NCBI GenBank assembly: GCA_036506795.1
Contig: DASXRC010000021.1
Coordinates: 17,190-81,189, forward strand
Direction: 5' to 3'
Source of the DNA: Micromonosporaceae bacterium
GTDB taxonomy: Bacteria > Actinomycetota > Actinomycetes > Mycobacteriales > Micromonosporaceae
DNA: 64,000 nt
Shown here: positions 1 to 10,800 of the stretch, piece by piece
How positions within the stretch are numbered: the first letter of the stretch is position 1
Layout: every line of letters starts with the position of its first letter
Position numbers and translations under genes: made by a program
The notes under the pieces: generated by a model
What the model was told of the DNA's origin: nothing
Database searches by the model: none
The model's input: only the letters and a program-made list of their open reading frames with translations

Positions 1-1
1 G

Positions 2-1207
2 GCCGGCTGGCTGGCCGCGGAGGGCGTCACGGTGCTGCACCTGACACCCCAGCTGGCCCGGCTGCTCGGTCGCGTGCGGACCGTGCTGCCCCGGATGAGG
101 CTCGTCGCGCTCGCCGGTGACCAGCTGCGATGGTCCGATGTGGACGCGCTGCGCCGGCTCGCCCCGGCCGCACGCGTGGTCAACTTCTACGGCACCACAG
201 AGACGCCGCAGGCGCAGGCCTGGTACGAGCCGACCCGGGACGGCGTTCGCGCCGGCCGCGGATCGCGGCCGGTGCCCGTGGGGGGCGGGATCGACGGCGC
301 ACAGCTTCTGGTCATCGGTCCGGATGGTCGGCCGGCGGCCGTCGGTGAGCAGGGGGAGGTCGTGGTCCGCAGCCGCTACCTGGCCACCGGCTACGCGACT
401 GGCGGACGGCTCGACGAGGAGCTGACGCGCGCCCGATTCTCAGGCGAAGGGGACGACCGCATGTACCGGACCGGAGACCTCGGCCGCCACGAACCCGACG
501 GGACCGTGGTGATCGCCGGACGCACCGACGGCCAGGTCAAGATCCGAGGATTCCGGGTCGAGGTCGGCGAGGTCGAGGCCGCGCTCCTTGGGTACCCCGG
601 CGTGCGCCAGGCGGTGGTGGTCACCGCTCGGCACGACGGCGAACTCGTCCTGCACGGCCATCTCGCCGCCGATCCGGGCGTCACGGTCGAGGCCGTGCGC
701 GGGCACCTCCGCACGGTCCTGCCGGCGTACGCGATGCCGGCGTCCCTGACCCTGCTGCCCGCGCTGCCGCTGACCCCCAACGGCAAGGTCGACCGCGACG
801 CGCTGCCCCGGCCGGTTCCGCGGCCGCCGGTCGGAGGCGCCGACGACCCCGCGACGCCGACCGAGTGGCTCGTCGCCGCGGTCTGGCAGCGGGTCCTCGG
901 CCTCCCCCGGGTCGGCCGCGGGGAGAACTTCTTCGAGGTCGGTGGCCACTCGATGGCCATCGTTGCGGTGCAGGCCGAACTGGCCGCGCGGCTCGACCGG
1001 GACGTCCCCATCGTCGACCTGTTCAGTCACCCGACCGTTGGCGCGCTCGCGGCCCATCTCGACGGCTCCGCCGCCGCGCCCGGTCTCGACCGCGCCGCCG
1101 AAAGGGTGGCCGCGCGGCGGGCTCGGGCGCTGCGCCGCCACACCGACCGAACCGGCGCCGCCGACGCCGGACCCGACGCGGCCGCACACGAGGAGGCCAG
1201 CAGATGA
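2..1207 (+). CDS. Non-ribosomal peptide synthetase, 3' fragment (end of adenylation domain + PCP); gene starts upstream of window
   Basis: Frame is open from the window edge (AGWLAAEGVTVLHLTP...). A-domain cores NFYGTTE, YRTGDLG, GRTDGQVKIRGFRVE and PNGKVDR are followed by the carrier motif FFEVGGHSM. Stop TGA at 1205-1207. Confidence 0.9.
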   Translation, partial: AGWLAAEGVTVLHLTPQLARLLGRVRTVLPRMRLVALAGDQLRWSDVDALRRLAPAARVVNFYGTTETPQAQAWYEPTRDGVRAGRGSRPVPVGGGIDGAQLLVIGPDGRPAAVGEQGEVVVRSRYLATGYATGGRLDEELTRARFSGEGDDRMYRTGDLGRHEPDGTVVIAGRTDGQVKIRGFRVEVGEVEAALLGYPGVRQAVVVTARHDGELVLHGHLAADPGVTVEAVRGHLRTVLPAYAMPASLTLLPALPLTPNGKVDRDALPRPVPRPPVGGADDPATPTEWLVAAVWQRVLGLPRVGRGENFFEVGGHSMAIVAVQAELAARLDRDVPIVDLFSHPTVGALAAHLDGSAAAPGLDRAAERVAARRARALRRHTDRTGAADAGPDAAAHEEASR

Positions 1208-1225
1208 GAAAGGCCAGCAGATGAG
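1194..1225. repeat. Direct repeat AGGCCAGCAGATGAG x2 (2-nt spacer) at the NRPS/PKS gene junction
   Basis: Copies read directly at 1194-1208 and 1211-1225. Copy 1 supplies the NRPS stop (TGA 1205-1207); copy 2 supplies the PKS start (ATG 1221). Confidence 0.9.
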
Positions 1226-4200
1226 CGAGAACACGGACAGCGCGGTCGAGCCGATCGCGGTCATCGGCCTGGCCTGTCGGGTGCCCGGCGCCGCCTCCCT
1301 CGACGAGTTCTGGGAGAACCTGCTGGGCGGGGTGGAGTCGGTCCACTTCTTCTCGCGCGAAGAGCAGGTCGCCATCGGGCTGCCCGAACGGGATCTCGAC
1401 GATCCCAGCTTCGTGCCGGCCGCTCCCGTGCTCGACGACGTCGCGGGATTCGACGCCGGGCTGTTCGGGATGACGCGGCGTGAGGCCGAGCTGCGGGATC
1501 CGCAGCAACGGCTATTCCTCGAGCTGTGCCACACCGCGCTGGAGAATGCCGGCTACGATCCCGGGCGCTATCCGAGCGACATCGGCGTCTACGGCGGCAT
1601 CGGCGCCGACGAGTACCAGTGGCTGTATATCCGGCGTAACCCGGCCGTGCTGGCCGCCACCGGGAATCTGGCCGTTTCCGTCGCCAACCACCCCGACTAC
1701 CTCGCGACGCTGGCCTCGTACAAGCTGAACCTTCGCGGTCCGAGCCTGACCGTCCACACCGCGTGCTCGACGACGCTGGTCGCGTTCCATCTGGCCTGCG
1801 AGGCCCTGCGCAACGGCGAGTGCGACATGGCCTTGACCGGGGGAGCCTCGATCGAGCTTCCGCCCGGGCGGGGGTACGTCCACGCCGACGGCGGCATCCT
1901 GTCCGTGGACGGGCACACCCGAACCTTCGACGCGTCGGCGAGCGGCACCGTCTGGGGCAGCGGGGGCGGCCTTGCCGTCCTTAAGCGTCTCTCCGACGCC
2001 CTCACCGACGGCGACCACATCCGGGCCGTGGTGCTGGGCAGCGCCATCAACAACGACGGGGCGACGAAGGTCGGTTTCTCGGCGCCGAGCCGTGACGGGC
2101 AGGCGTCGGTGATCGCGCAGGCCCTCGGCGTCGCGAACGTCGACCCCCGCACGGTGGGCTACGTCGAGGCACACGGCACCGCGACGGCGCTCGGCGACCC
2201 GATCGAGGTCGCGGCGTTGACCAGCGTCTTCGGTCGGGCGTCGACCGACACCGGCTGGTGCGCGCTGGGTTCGGTGAAGACAAACGTCGGCCACCTCGGC
2301 TCGGCGGCCGGCATCACCGGGCTGATCAAGACGGTGTTGTCTCTTGAGCACGGCCTGATCCCGCCGAGCCTGAACTTCGAGCGGCCCAACCCGAAGCTCG
2401 GCCTCGAGAACAGCCCGTTCTACGTCAACGCGACCCTGAGCAAGTGGCAACCGGACGACGGTTCGCGTCGGGCCGGTGTCAGCTCCTTCGGCATTGGCGG
2501 CACCAACGCGCATGTCGTCCTCGAGCAGGCGCCCGCACCCTCACGCCAACCGACGCCGCCAGTGGCAGAGACCGACCTGCGACCGACCCACCTGCTGCGG
2601 GTCTCGGCGCGGACCCAGGCCGCTCTCGACGCGCTGGCCGAGCGGCTGGCCGGGCACCTCGAGCGGCATCCCGACGTCGACCTCGCCGACGTCGCGTACA
2701 CGCTCCGGGTCGGGCGCGCTGAACTCGGGCACCGGTGTGCGGTGGTTGCCGGGGATGTCAGCCAGGCGGTGACCGGGCTGCGCGACCGGGAACGCCACAT
2801 CGCCGGCGCGCTGCCCGTCCGGCTGCCGCGGGTGGCCTTCCTCTACTCCGGGCAGGGTTCGCAGTACGCCGGGATGGGCGACGAGCTGTACCGGGCCAAC
2901 CCGGTGTTCCGCGACGCGGTCCAGGAGTGCCTGAACGCGCTGGACGGCGGCTTGGCCGACGAGCTGAGGCGCGTGCTGCTTTGCGCGCCGGACGGAGACG
3001 TCCACGCCAACGCCCGGCTGGCTCAGACCGCCCTCACCCAGCCCGCGCTGTTCACCGTCGAGTACGCGCTCGCCCGCCTCTGGGAGTCCGCCGGAGTCAC
3101 CCCGGCCGCCGCGATCGGCCACTCGATCGGCGAGTACGTCGCCGGCACGCTCGCCGGCGTCTTCCGCCCGTCCGACGCGGCTCGTCTCGTCGCCGGGCGC
3201 GGCCGGCTGATGCAGTCGATGCCGACCGGATCCATGCTCGCCGTGCAGCTCGACGAGGCCACGCTCGCCGGCCGCCTGCCGGACGGTCTGTCGATCGCGA
3301 CCGTCAACGGACCACGGGCGTGCGTCGTCGCCGGGGAGACCTCGCAGGTCGACAGCTTCGCCCAGGATCTGACGGCGAGCCGGGTCCCGTGCAAGCGGCT
3401 GCGGACGTCACACGCCTTCCACTCGCCGATGATGGAGCCGATCCTCGCGGAGTTCCGAGACGTCGTCGCCGGCGTGCCACGGCGGGCGCCGCAGGCACCG
3501 TTCCTGTCCAATGTGACCGGTGACTGGATCACTGCCGACGAGGCGACCGACCCGTCGTACTGGGCGCGGCACCTGCGGTCCACGGTGCGGTTCGGCGCGT
3601 GCGTGGCGACCCTGCTGGCCGACGGGGAGTGGCTGCTCGTCGAGTGTGGGCCCGGCAAACAGCTCGCCGGACTGGCGCGCATGCAGACCCCGCGCGACGG
3701 GGTGCCGCCCCTGGCCAGCCTGCCCGGGCCGGACGACCGGCAGACCGCCATGGAGGCCTTCCACACCACCGCAGGCCGGCTGTGGGTCAGCGGCGTCGCG
3801 CTCGACGGCGACGGCCTCCAGGGGAGGCGCCGCCGGGTGCCGCTCCCGCCTTATCCGTACGAGCGGAAGTCGTACTGGGTCGAGCCCACGGGGCCGCCGG
3901 CCTCCGCCGTAGCCGAGCCGACAAGGCGGCGGCCGCTCGATGAGTGGTTCACGGTGCCGGTCTGGCGGCAGGCGCTGCCGCGCGAACCCGCCGTGCCCGA
4001 GCGATGCCTCGTCTTCGCCGACGGTCCCGCCGCCGACGCCGTCGTCGCCGGACTCCGGGCGGCCGGCGCGCAGGTCATCCACGTCGCGCCGGGCACGGCG
4101 TACGCGAAGACCGGCGACGCCGCGTTCACCGTCCGGCCGGCCGCGCGGAGTGACTATGATGCGCTGTTCACCGATCTCGCGGCGCTGGGTGGCGTCCCCG

Positions 4201-6698
4201 CACGGGCCGTGCACGCCTGGGCGCTCGACGGGACGGTGGCCGCCGGTGACCCCGAGCTCGCCTGGGAGGCCCAGGACCGCGGCTTCTTCAGCCTGCTCTG
4301 CCTCACGCAGGCGGCCGCGACCGCCCAGGCGCCCCTCCACGTCGACGTGCTGACCGCGGGCACTCAGGACGTGACCGGAGGCGACGCGACCCGGCCCGAA
4401 CACGCGACCGTGGCCGGCATCGCGAAGGTCGTCCCGCTGGAGGTTCCGACGGTCACGGTGCGCCACGTCGACGTCGGCGACGACGTGGCCGACGCGGTCG
4501 ACGAGGTGTGCCGGGCTCCGGCGGACCGGGCGGTCGCGGTGCGTGGCGGGCGCCGCTGGATCCAGGACTACGAGCCGGTGACGCTCGCCGAGCCGACCGC
4601 CCCGCCGGGCCCGCGCGAGGGCGGCGCCTACCTCATCACGGGCGGGCTCGGCGGCCTGGGCATCACGCTGGCCGAGGACCTGGCGCGGCTGGCCCGGGCG
4701 AGGCTGATACTGGTCTCGCGGTCCGGGCTCCCGACCCGGTCGGAGTGGGACAGCCACCTGCGCCTGCACGGGACCACCGACCGGACGGGCAGGGCGATCG
4801 CCGCGATCCGCCGGATGGAGGACGCCGGCGCCGAGGTGCTGGTGTGCGCCGCGGATGTGTCCGATGAGGACGATCTGCGGAGCGTGCGTGAGCAGGTGTT
4901 CTCGACGTTCGGCCGCCTCGACGGCATCGTGCACGCCGCCGGCGTGCCCGGCGGCGGCATGACCGAGGTCAAGGAACGAGCGGCGGCCGAGGCCGTCCTG
5001 CTGCCCAAGGTGCGCGGCACGCTGATGCTTCGGCGCGTCTTCGGCGACCTACCGCTGGACTTCGTCACCTTGTTCTCGTCGGTGACCGCGGTCGCCGGCG
5101 GGTTCGGCCAGGTCGACTACTGCGCCGCCAACAACTTCCTCGACGCGTACGCGCGCGGCAGCCACGGGTGGTCCGCGCAGGTGACATCCATCAACTGGGG
5201 CGGCTGGCTGGAGGTCGGCATGGCCGCCGAGGTGGCCGCGCCCGCAACGTTCCGAGCGCTGCAGCACGGAGACCGGATCCGCCCGATCGACCATCCCGTG
5301 CTCACCGCCCACCACGAGGGCGGCGGCGAGGTGCTTCCATGGTTCAGCGGCGTCGTGGCGCCGGACACCCACTGGCTCCTGGACGAGCACCGCATCTCTG
5401 GCGTGCCGGTGGTTCCCGGCACGGCTCACCTGGAGACGGTGCGGGCCGCCTTCGCCGCGGCGTGGCCAGGAGCGGGTGACGTGGAGCTGCGTGACGTCGT
5501 GTTCGTCGAACCGATGGCGGTCGCGGACGGAGCCGCGGCCGAAGTCCGAGTGGCGTTCGCCGACGGCGTCGACTGCGTGGACTTCCAGCTTGCCGGCGTG
5601 CGGGCCGGTGCCACCACCGTGCACGTGCGCGGCAGCGCCGTCCGGCTCGACCCCGATCCCGCCCCGACGGTCGACCTGGCCACCGTCCGGGACCGCTGCG
5701 GTCTGACCGCGCACGATGTGGACCCAGCCGGCGAGCGGTCACACTCCGGGCTGCTGACGTTCGGAGACCGCTGGCGCGCCCTGCGTACGGTCCACATCGG
5801 ACCGGACGAGGAGCTGGCTCTCCTGGAGGCTCCTCCATCGGTCGCGGCCGAGCTGGACCGATGGGTGTTGCACCCGGCGCTGCTCGACGAGGCGACCTCG
5901 TTCGGCCGTCGGCACGGCGACGGCCAGTACCTGCCTCTCGGCTACGGCCGGATCCGGATACGCGGGGCGCTGCCGGCCCGGTTCTACAGCCACCTGCGCT
6001 ACCGGGGCGAGGCTCACGGCGAGGTGATCGCCGCCGACCTGTCGCTCCATGACGCGACGGGCCGCGAACTGGTCGCCATCACGGACTTTGTCCTGCGCCG
6101 CGTCGACGTGGCCGCAGTGACCGAGGCGGTCTCCGGCGTCGAGCCGGGCGCCGGCCCCTCCGGCACCGCGGCACTCCCGGAGGCGTCTGTCTCGACGGCG
6201 ACGGGCATTGCTCCGGCCGACGGAGCCGAGGCGTTCCGCCGGATCCTGGCCGCCAATCTGGCACCACAGGTGGTGGTCACCGCGCAGCCACTAGCACAGG
6301 TCGTGGCCGGCGTCACCAACGTCACCCAGGAGACCGTCGCCGACGAGCTCGTCGGCACGGCCGCCGCCGACCCTCGTCGCGACGCCAGCCGCGAGGGTTA
6401 CGTCGCGCCCCGAACCCGGCTGGAGACGACGCTAGCCGACGTGTGGGGTGCCGTCCTCGGCGTAGACGCGGTCGGCGTGGAGGACGACTTCTTCGACCTC
6501 GGCGGCAATTCGCTCGTCGCCGTCCAGTTGATCTCGGAGATCCGCAAGGCGACCGGGGCCCGACTGCCCATGCGCAGCCTCTTCGAGTCCCCGACGGTGG
6601 CCGGCATGGCCGCCCTCGTCGACGGCCTGGAGGCGGCCGCCGGGCCCGACCCGGGCGAGGACGCGATTCCCAGGCTGGCCAGGCCGACCGCCGAATGA
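1221..6698 (+). CDS. Type I polyketide synthase, one module, motif order KS-AT-KR-DH-carrier protein
   Basis: ATG 1221 is in frame with ORF 942..6698. KS motifs TACSTTL, EAHGTATALGDP, NVGHLGSAAG. AT motifs GHSIGEY and HAFH. KR motifs YLITGGLGGLG (about 4621) and YCAAN (about 5120). DH motifs HRISGVPVVP (His codon 5388-5390) and HPALLDE. Carrier motif FFDLGGNSL (Ser codon 6510-6512). Confidence 0.9.
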   Translation: MSENTDSAVEPIAVIGLACRVPGAASLDEFWENLLGGVESVHFFSREEQVAIGLPERDLDDPSFVPAAPVLDDVAGFDAGLFGMTRREAELRDPQQRLFLELCHTALENAGYDPGRYPSDIGVYGGIGADEYQWLYIRRNPAVLAATGNLAVSVANHPDYLATLASYKLNLRGPSLTVHTACSTTLVAFHLACEALRNGECDMALTGGASIELPPGRGYVHADGGILSVDGHTRTFDASASGTVWGSGGGLAVLKRLSDALTDGDHIRAVVLGSAINNDGATKVGFSAPSRDGQASVIAQALGVANVDPRTVGYVEAHGTATALGDPIEVAALTSVFGRASTDTGWCALGSVKTNVGHLGSAAGITGLIKTVLSLEHGLIPPSLNFERPNPKLGLENSPFYVNATLSKWQPDDGSRRAGVSSFGIGGTNAHVVLEQAPAPSRQPTPPVAETDLRPTHLLRVSARTQAALDALAERLAGHLERHPDVDLADVAYTLRVGRAELGHRCAVVAGDVSQAVTGLRDRERHIAGALPVRLPRVAFLYSGQGSQYAGMGDELYRANPVFRDAVQECLNALDGGLADELRRVLLCAPDGDVHANARLAQTALTQPALFTVEYALARLWESAGVTPAAAIGHSIGEYVAGTLAGVFRPSDAARLVAGRGRLMQSMPTGSMLAVQLDEATLAGRLPDGLSIATVNGPRACVVAGETSQVDSFAQDLTASRVPCKRLRTSHAFHSPMMEPILAEFRDVVAGVPRRAPQAPFLSNVTGDWITADEATDPSYWARHLRSTVRFGACVATLLADGEWLLVECGPGKQLAGLARMQTPRDGVPPLASLPGPDDRQTAMEAFHTTAGRLWVSGVALDGDGLQGRRRRVPLPPYPYERKSYWVEPTGPPASAVAEPTRRRPLDEWFTVPVWRQALPREPAVPERCLVFADGPAADAVVAGLRAAGAQVIHVAPGTAYAKTGDAAFTVRPAARSDYDALFTDLAALGGVPARAVHAWALDGTVAAGDPELAWEAQDRGFFSLLCLTQAAATAQAPLHVDVLTAGTQDVTGGDATRPEHATVAGIAKVVPLEVPTVTVRHVDVGDDVADAVDEVCRAPADRAVAVRGGRRWIQDYEPVTLAEPTAPPGPREGGAYLITGGLGGLGITLAEDLARLARARLILVSRSGLPTRSEWDSHLRLHGTTDRTGRAIAAIRRMEDAGAEVLVCAADVSDEDDLRSVREQVFSTFGRLDGIVHAAGVPGGGMTEVKERAAAEAVLLPKVRGTLMLRRVFGDLPLDFVTLFSSVTAVAGGFGQVDYCAANNFLDAYARGSHGWSAQVTSINWGGWLEVGMAAEVAAPATFRALQHGDRIRPIDHPVLTAHHEGGGEVLPWFSGVVAPDTHWLLDEHRISGVPVVPGTAHLETVRAAFAAAWPGAGDVELRDVVFVEPMAVADGAAAEVRVAFADGVDCVDFQLAGVRAGATTVHVRGSAVRLDPDPAPTVDLATVRDRCGLTAHDVDPAGERSHSGLLTFGDRWRALRTVHIGPDEELALLEAPPSVAAELDRWVLHPALLDEATSFGRRHGDGQYLPLGYGRIRIRGALPARFYSHLRYRGEAHGEVIAADLSLHDATGRELVAITDFVLRRVDVAAVTEAVSGVEPGAGPSGTAALPEASVSTATGIAPADGAEAFRRILAANLAPQVVVTAQPLAQVVAGVTNVTQETVADELVGTAAADPRRDASREGYVAPRTRLETTLADVWGAVLGVDAVGVEDDFFDLGGNSLVAVQLISEIRKATGARLPMRSLFESPTVAGMAALVDGLEAAAGPDPGEDAIPRLARPTAE

Positions 6699-6719
6699 CG
6701 TTCACCTGAGGAGGACGAC

Positions 6720-6941
6720 GTGTCTGACACCGAAGGCAGCGGCGGATCCCGCTACCTGGTGGTCATCAACGACGAGGAGCAGTACTCCATCTGGGCGGAG
6801 GACCGGCAGATCCCGGCCGGCTGGCGGGCGACCGGCTTCGCTGGCGACAAACTGGAGTGCCTGTCACACATCGAGACCGTTTGGACGGACCTGCGGCCGC
6901 GCAGCGTGCGCCTGGCCATGGCATCGGAGGAGGACACATGA
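6720..6941 (+). CDS. MbtH-like protein
   Basis: 73 aa with GTG start and GAGGAGGA RBS upstream. Signature RYLVVINDEEQYSIW...IPAGW...CLSHIETVWTDLRP, with the three conserved Trp. Confidence 0.93.
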   Translation: MSDTEGSGGSRYLVVINDEEQYSIWAEDRQIPAGWRATGFAGDKLECLSHIETVWTDLRPRSVRLAMASEEDT

Positions 6942-7888
6942 CCACGGCGTTGCCCATGACCGTGCCCGCCGACGGCACGCCCATCATCGAGTACATCACC
7001 GATCGGCGAGCCGAGCTGCGCGCCGCGCTGGCCGAGCACGGGGCGCTGCTGTTTCGGGGCTTCGACGTCGGTGGGGTCGACGGGTTCGACCGGGTGGTCC
7101 GCGCTCTGTCCGGCGCACCGCTGACCTACACGGAGCGCTCGTCGCCGCGCAGCACGATCAAGGGTCAGGTGTACACATCGACGGACTACCCCGCGGAGGA
7201 GGAGATCTTCCTCCACAACGAGAACTCCTACCAGGCGAGCTGGCCCCTGACCCTGTACTTCTACTGCATCCAGCCGCCCACCTCGCTCGGCGCCACACCA
7301 CTCGCCGACGTACGCCGGGTATACGCCGAGATCGATCCGACCATCCGCGACGAGTTCGAGCGGCGGCGCTGGACGCTGGTGCGCAACTTCTACCGCGATT
7401 TCGGTACGCCCTGGCAGGAGGTGTTCAACACCGACGACCCGGACGAGGTGGCCGCGTACTGCGGCCGGAACGACATCGGGATCGAATGGACGGCGGACGG
7501 CGGGTTGCGCACCAGGGCGGTGCGCGACGCGGTGCATCGCCGGCCCGGCAGCGAGGCGCCGAGATGGTTCAACCACGCCACGTTCTTCCACGTGACCACC
7601 CTCGCCAAGGACCTCCAGGAGGCGCTCCTCGCGATGTTCGGTGAGCAGGGGCTGCCCACCAACACGTACTACGGCGACGGCGGATCGATCCCGACCGAGG
7701 TGATGGACCAGCTCCGGGCCGCGTACCGATCGGTGACCGTTCGATTCGACTACGAGCGCGACGACGTGCTGGTCGTGGACAACATGACCGCCGCACACGG
7801 CCGGGAGCCGTTCACCGGGCCCCGGAAGATCGCGGTGGCGATGGCCGAGCCGTACGCGCCGGCCCCCAGCGGGAGCAGCGATGACTGA
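6938..7888 (+). CDS. TauD/TfdA (clavaminate-synthase-like) Fe(II)/2-oxoglutarate dioxygenase, probable amino-acid beta-hydroxylase
   Basis: ATG 6938 overlaps the MbtH stop (ATGA). Facial-triad-like FLHNENSY (HxE) and C-terminal [19 protein letters not shown]. Embedded between NRPS genes. Confidence 0.82.
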   Translation: MTTALPMTVPADGTPIIEYITDRRAELRAALAEHGALLFRGFDVGGVDGFDRVVRALSGAPLTYTERSSPRSTIKGQVYTSTDYPAEEEIFLHNENSYQASWPLTLYFYCIQPPTSLGATPLADVRRVYAEIDPTIRDEFERRRWTLVRNFYRDFGTPWQEVFNTDDPDEVAAYCGRNDIGIEWTADGGLRTRAVRDAVHRRPGSEAPRWFNHATFFHVTTLAKDLQEALLAMFGEQGLPTNTYYGDGGSIPTEVMDQLRAAYRSVTVRFDYERDDVLVVDNMTAAHGREPFTGPRKIAVAMAEPYAPAPSGSSDD

Positions 7889-10800
7889 GTGGAGCGTCCC
7901 GGCCTCGTACGCGCAGGAGCGGATCTGGATCGCGAGCCAGGTGGACCCCGCGTCGCCGGTCTACAACGTCTCGGTGCCGTGGCGCGTCCCGGCCGGTCTG
8001 ACCGGCGAGCAGGTCACCGCAGCGCTCGGCGCGCTGGTCCGCCGACACGAGTCGCTGCGTACGCACCTACGCGTCGAGAACGGCACGCTGATGCAGGTCG
8101 TGCGGGATCGCGAACGCATCGACATGCCCGTCGTCGACCTGCGCGCCAGCTCCGATCAGCAACGGTCGGAGCGGGTCGACGCTCTCGCCGAGGAGCTGGC
8201 CCAAACGGCGATACCGCTCGACCGGCCGCCACTGTGGCGGGCCCGGCTGGTGCGCCTCGACGGCGAGGAATGGCTCCTGCTGTTCGTCGTCCACCACGCG
8301 GTCTTCGACGGCGGCTCCCTGGCCGTGTTCGGGCGCGACCTGCGGGCGTTGTCGCAGTTCGCGCTGACGGGCGCGCCGTTGGACCTGCCAGAGCCCGAGA
8401 TCCAGTACGCGGATTTCGCGGTCTGGCAGCGCGACCGGCTCTCCGGCGCCGAACTGAACCGGCAGCTCGCGTACTGGCGCGATCGACTGGCCGGCGCGGC
8501 TCCGGTCATCGGGCTCCCGCTCGACCACCCGCGCCCGTCGAAGCTGGGCTTCGCCGGCGACGAGATCCACTTCGAGCTGCCGGCCGGCACGTTCGATCGA
8601 GTCGGGGAGCTTGCTCGCGACTGCTCGGCGACACCGTTCACGGTGTTGCTGGCCGCGTTCGCCGCGCTGCTGTCCCGGCTGTCCGGCAGCGACGACCTGG
8701 TCGTGGGCGTCTCCACCGCGGGCCGGGACCGGCCCGAGCTCGACGACGTGATCGGGATGTTCGTCAACCCGGTCGCCCTGCGCTGCGACGTCGGCGGCGA
8801 TCCCACCGTCGCCGAGCTGATCGGTCGGGTCCGGGGATCCCTGATCGAGGCGCTCGAACACGCCGAGGCTCCGTTCCACCGCGTCGTCGACGCGGTCGCG
8901 CCGGCCTGGAACTCCTCGACACAACCGATCTTCCAGGTCGCTCTCAACTTCATTCCGGAGGCCGGCCTGGACCCCATCCCGCTGGGCACGACGAAGGACG
9001 ACCTCGCCTTCGACCTCACGGCCACCGAGGGCCGGCTGCTCTACCGCACGGCGCTCTGGGACCGGTCCACGGCCGAGGCGATCGTCCGGCGCTACCTGCG
9101 GCTGGTCCGGGCCGCCCTGGCCGACCCCGGTGCCCGCGTGTCGCAGATGCCGCTGCTCGACGGAGCCGAGGAGCGGCTCGTCCTCCAGACGTGGAACGAC
9201 ACGGCCCGGGAGAGCGCACCGGAGACGGTGACCGCGCTGATCGAGCGACAGGCGGCCCGCGGCCCGGACGCCGTCGCCGTCGTCGACAACGCAACGGCGC
9301 TCACGTACGCACAGCTCAACGGCGGCGCGAACCGGCTGGCTCGGGCCCTGATCGAGCGCGGCGCCGGGCCCGAGTCGCTCGTGGCGCTCGTCCTGCCGCG
9401 CTCCGCGGACCTCGTCGTGGCGCTGCTGGCGGTGCTCAAGGCGGGGGCGGCCTACGTGCCGATCGACCCGGACTATCCCGCGGAACGGATCGCGTATCTC
9501 CTCGGGGACGCGAGGCCGGCCGTCGTGGTGGCGTGCGTCGAAACCGCCGGCATCGCACCGGCGGACGCGCTGGTGCTGGCCCCATCGGCGGCCGGGCCGG
9601 CGAACCCCGATCTCACCGACGCTGACCGCGTCGCACCGCTCCGGCCGGGGCACTCGGCGTACGTGATTTACACCTCCGGCTCCAGCGGCAAGCCCAAGGG
9701 AGTCGTCGTCGAGCACCGGTCGCTGCACGCGTACCTGACGTGGGCGCGGGCCGCGTACCCCGGCCTGGCCGGCACCGCGCTGCTGCACTCCGCCTTGTCG
9801 TTCGACCTCACCGTGACCGGGCTGCTCGGCACGCTGAGCGCTGGCGGCACGATCCGGCTGGCCGGGCTCGACGAGGCCGCGGCCCGGTCCGGTGGTCCGC
9901 CGACTTTCCTGAAGGCAACTCCCGGCCAACTGTCCCTGTTGGACGATGGGCTTTCCCCGACCGACGATCTCGTGCTCGGCGGTGAGGCGTTGGCGGCCGA
10001 AGCCCTGGACGCTTGGCGGTCGACGCATCCGGGAGCGCGGGTCACGAACGAGTACGGCCCCACCGAGGCCACCGTCGGCTGCGTCAGCGCGCGATTCGAG
10101 CCGGGTGACGTCCTACCGCCCGGCCCGGTCGCCATCGGCTGCCCCAGCTGGAACACCCAGGCATACGTCCTTGACCGGGGGTTGCGGCCGGTTCCGCCGG
10201 GCGCCGTCGGCGAGCTGTACATCGCCGGTGATCAGGTCGCCCGAGGCTATCTCCGGCGGCCAGCACTGACCGCGGAGCGGTTCCTGCCGTGCCCGTTTGG
10301 AGCGCCCGGACGGCGGATGTACGCCACCGGTGACCTCGCGCGGTGGCGGGCCGATGGCACGCTCGAGTACCTCGGCCGGACCGATCAGCAGATCAAGGTG
10401 CGCGGCATCCGGGTCGAGCCCGGCGAGATCGAGTCGGCGCTGCTGGCTCGGCCGGGGGTACACGAGGCGGCGGTGGCGCTGCGCGCGCACGACGGAGCCG
10501 ACGACGAGACGCTCGTGGCGTACGTGGTGGGCACGGCGGACGGGGCCGACCTCGCCGACGGCCTCGCCCGCGTGCTGCCGGCACCGTTGGTGCCGAGCGC
10601 GTTCGTCCCGCTCGACCATCTTCCGACGACCCCGAACGGCAAGCTCGACCGCGAGGCGCTGCCCGCCCCCGTGCTGGCCTCCTCGCCGGGTTACGTCGCG
10701 CCCAGCACGGACTCCGAGGCGTTCGTGGCGGAGGTCTTCGCCGACATCCTGGGCGTGGAGAAGGTCGGCGCGCGGGACGACTTCTTCGCGCTGGGCGGCA

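Noticed and set aside
942-1220. Upstream extension of the PKS ORF (ORF track start 942), and likewise 10343-11005 for the last NRPS and 6857-6937 for the dioxygenase
   Set aside because: The extensions overlap the preceding gene's well-supported coding frame and translate to Pro/Arg-rich sequence. Internal starts at 1221, 11006 and 6938 give canonical N-termini and ATGA-type coupling or clean junctions.
8067-10028. 653-aa antisense ORF opposite the C-A-PCP NRPS gene. Similar antisense or off-frame ORFs occur at 3408-4934, 1512-2513, 50562-51935, 50770-52221, 54272-55417, 55572-56942, 36574-37797 and 41251-42546.
   Set aside because: Each overlaps a gene whose frame carries strong family motifs and the expected high third-position GC. 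The alternatives give low-complexity Arg/Pro/Gly-rich translations.
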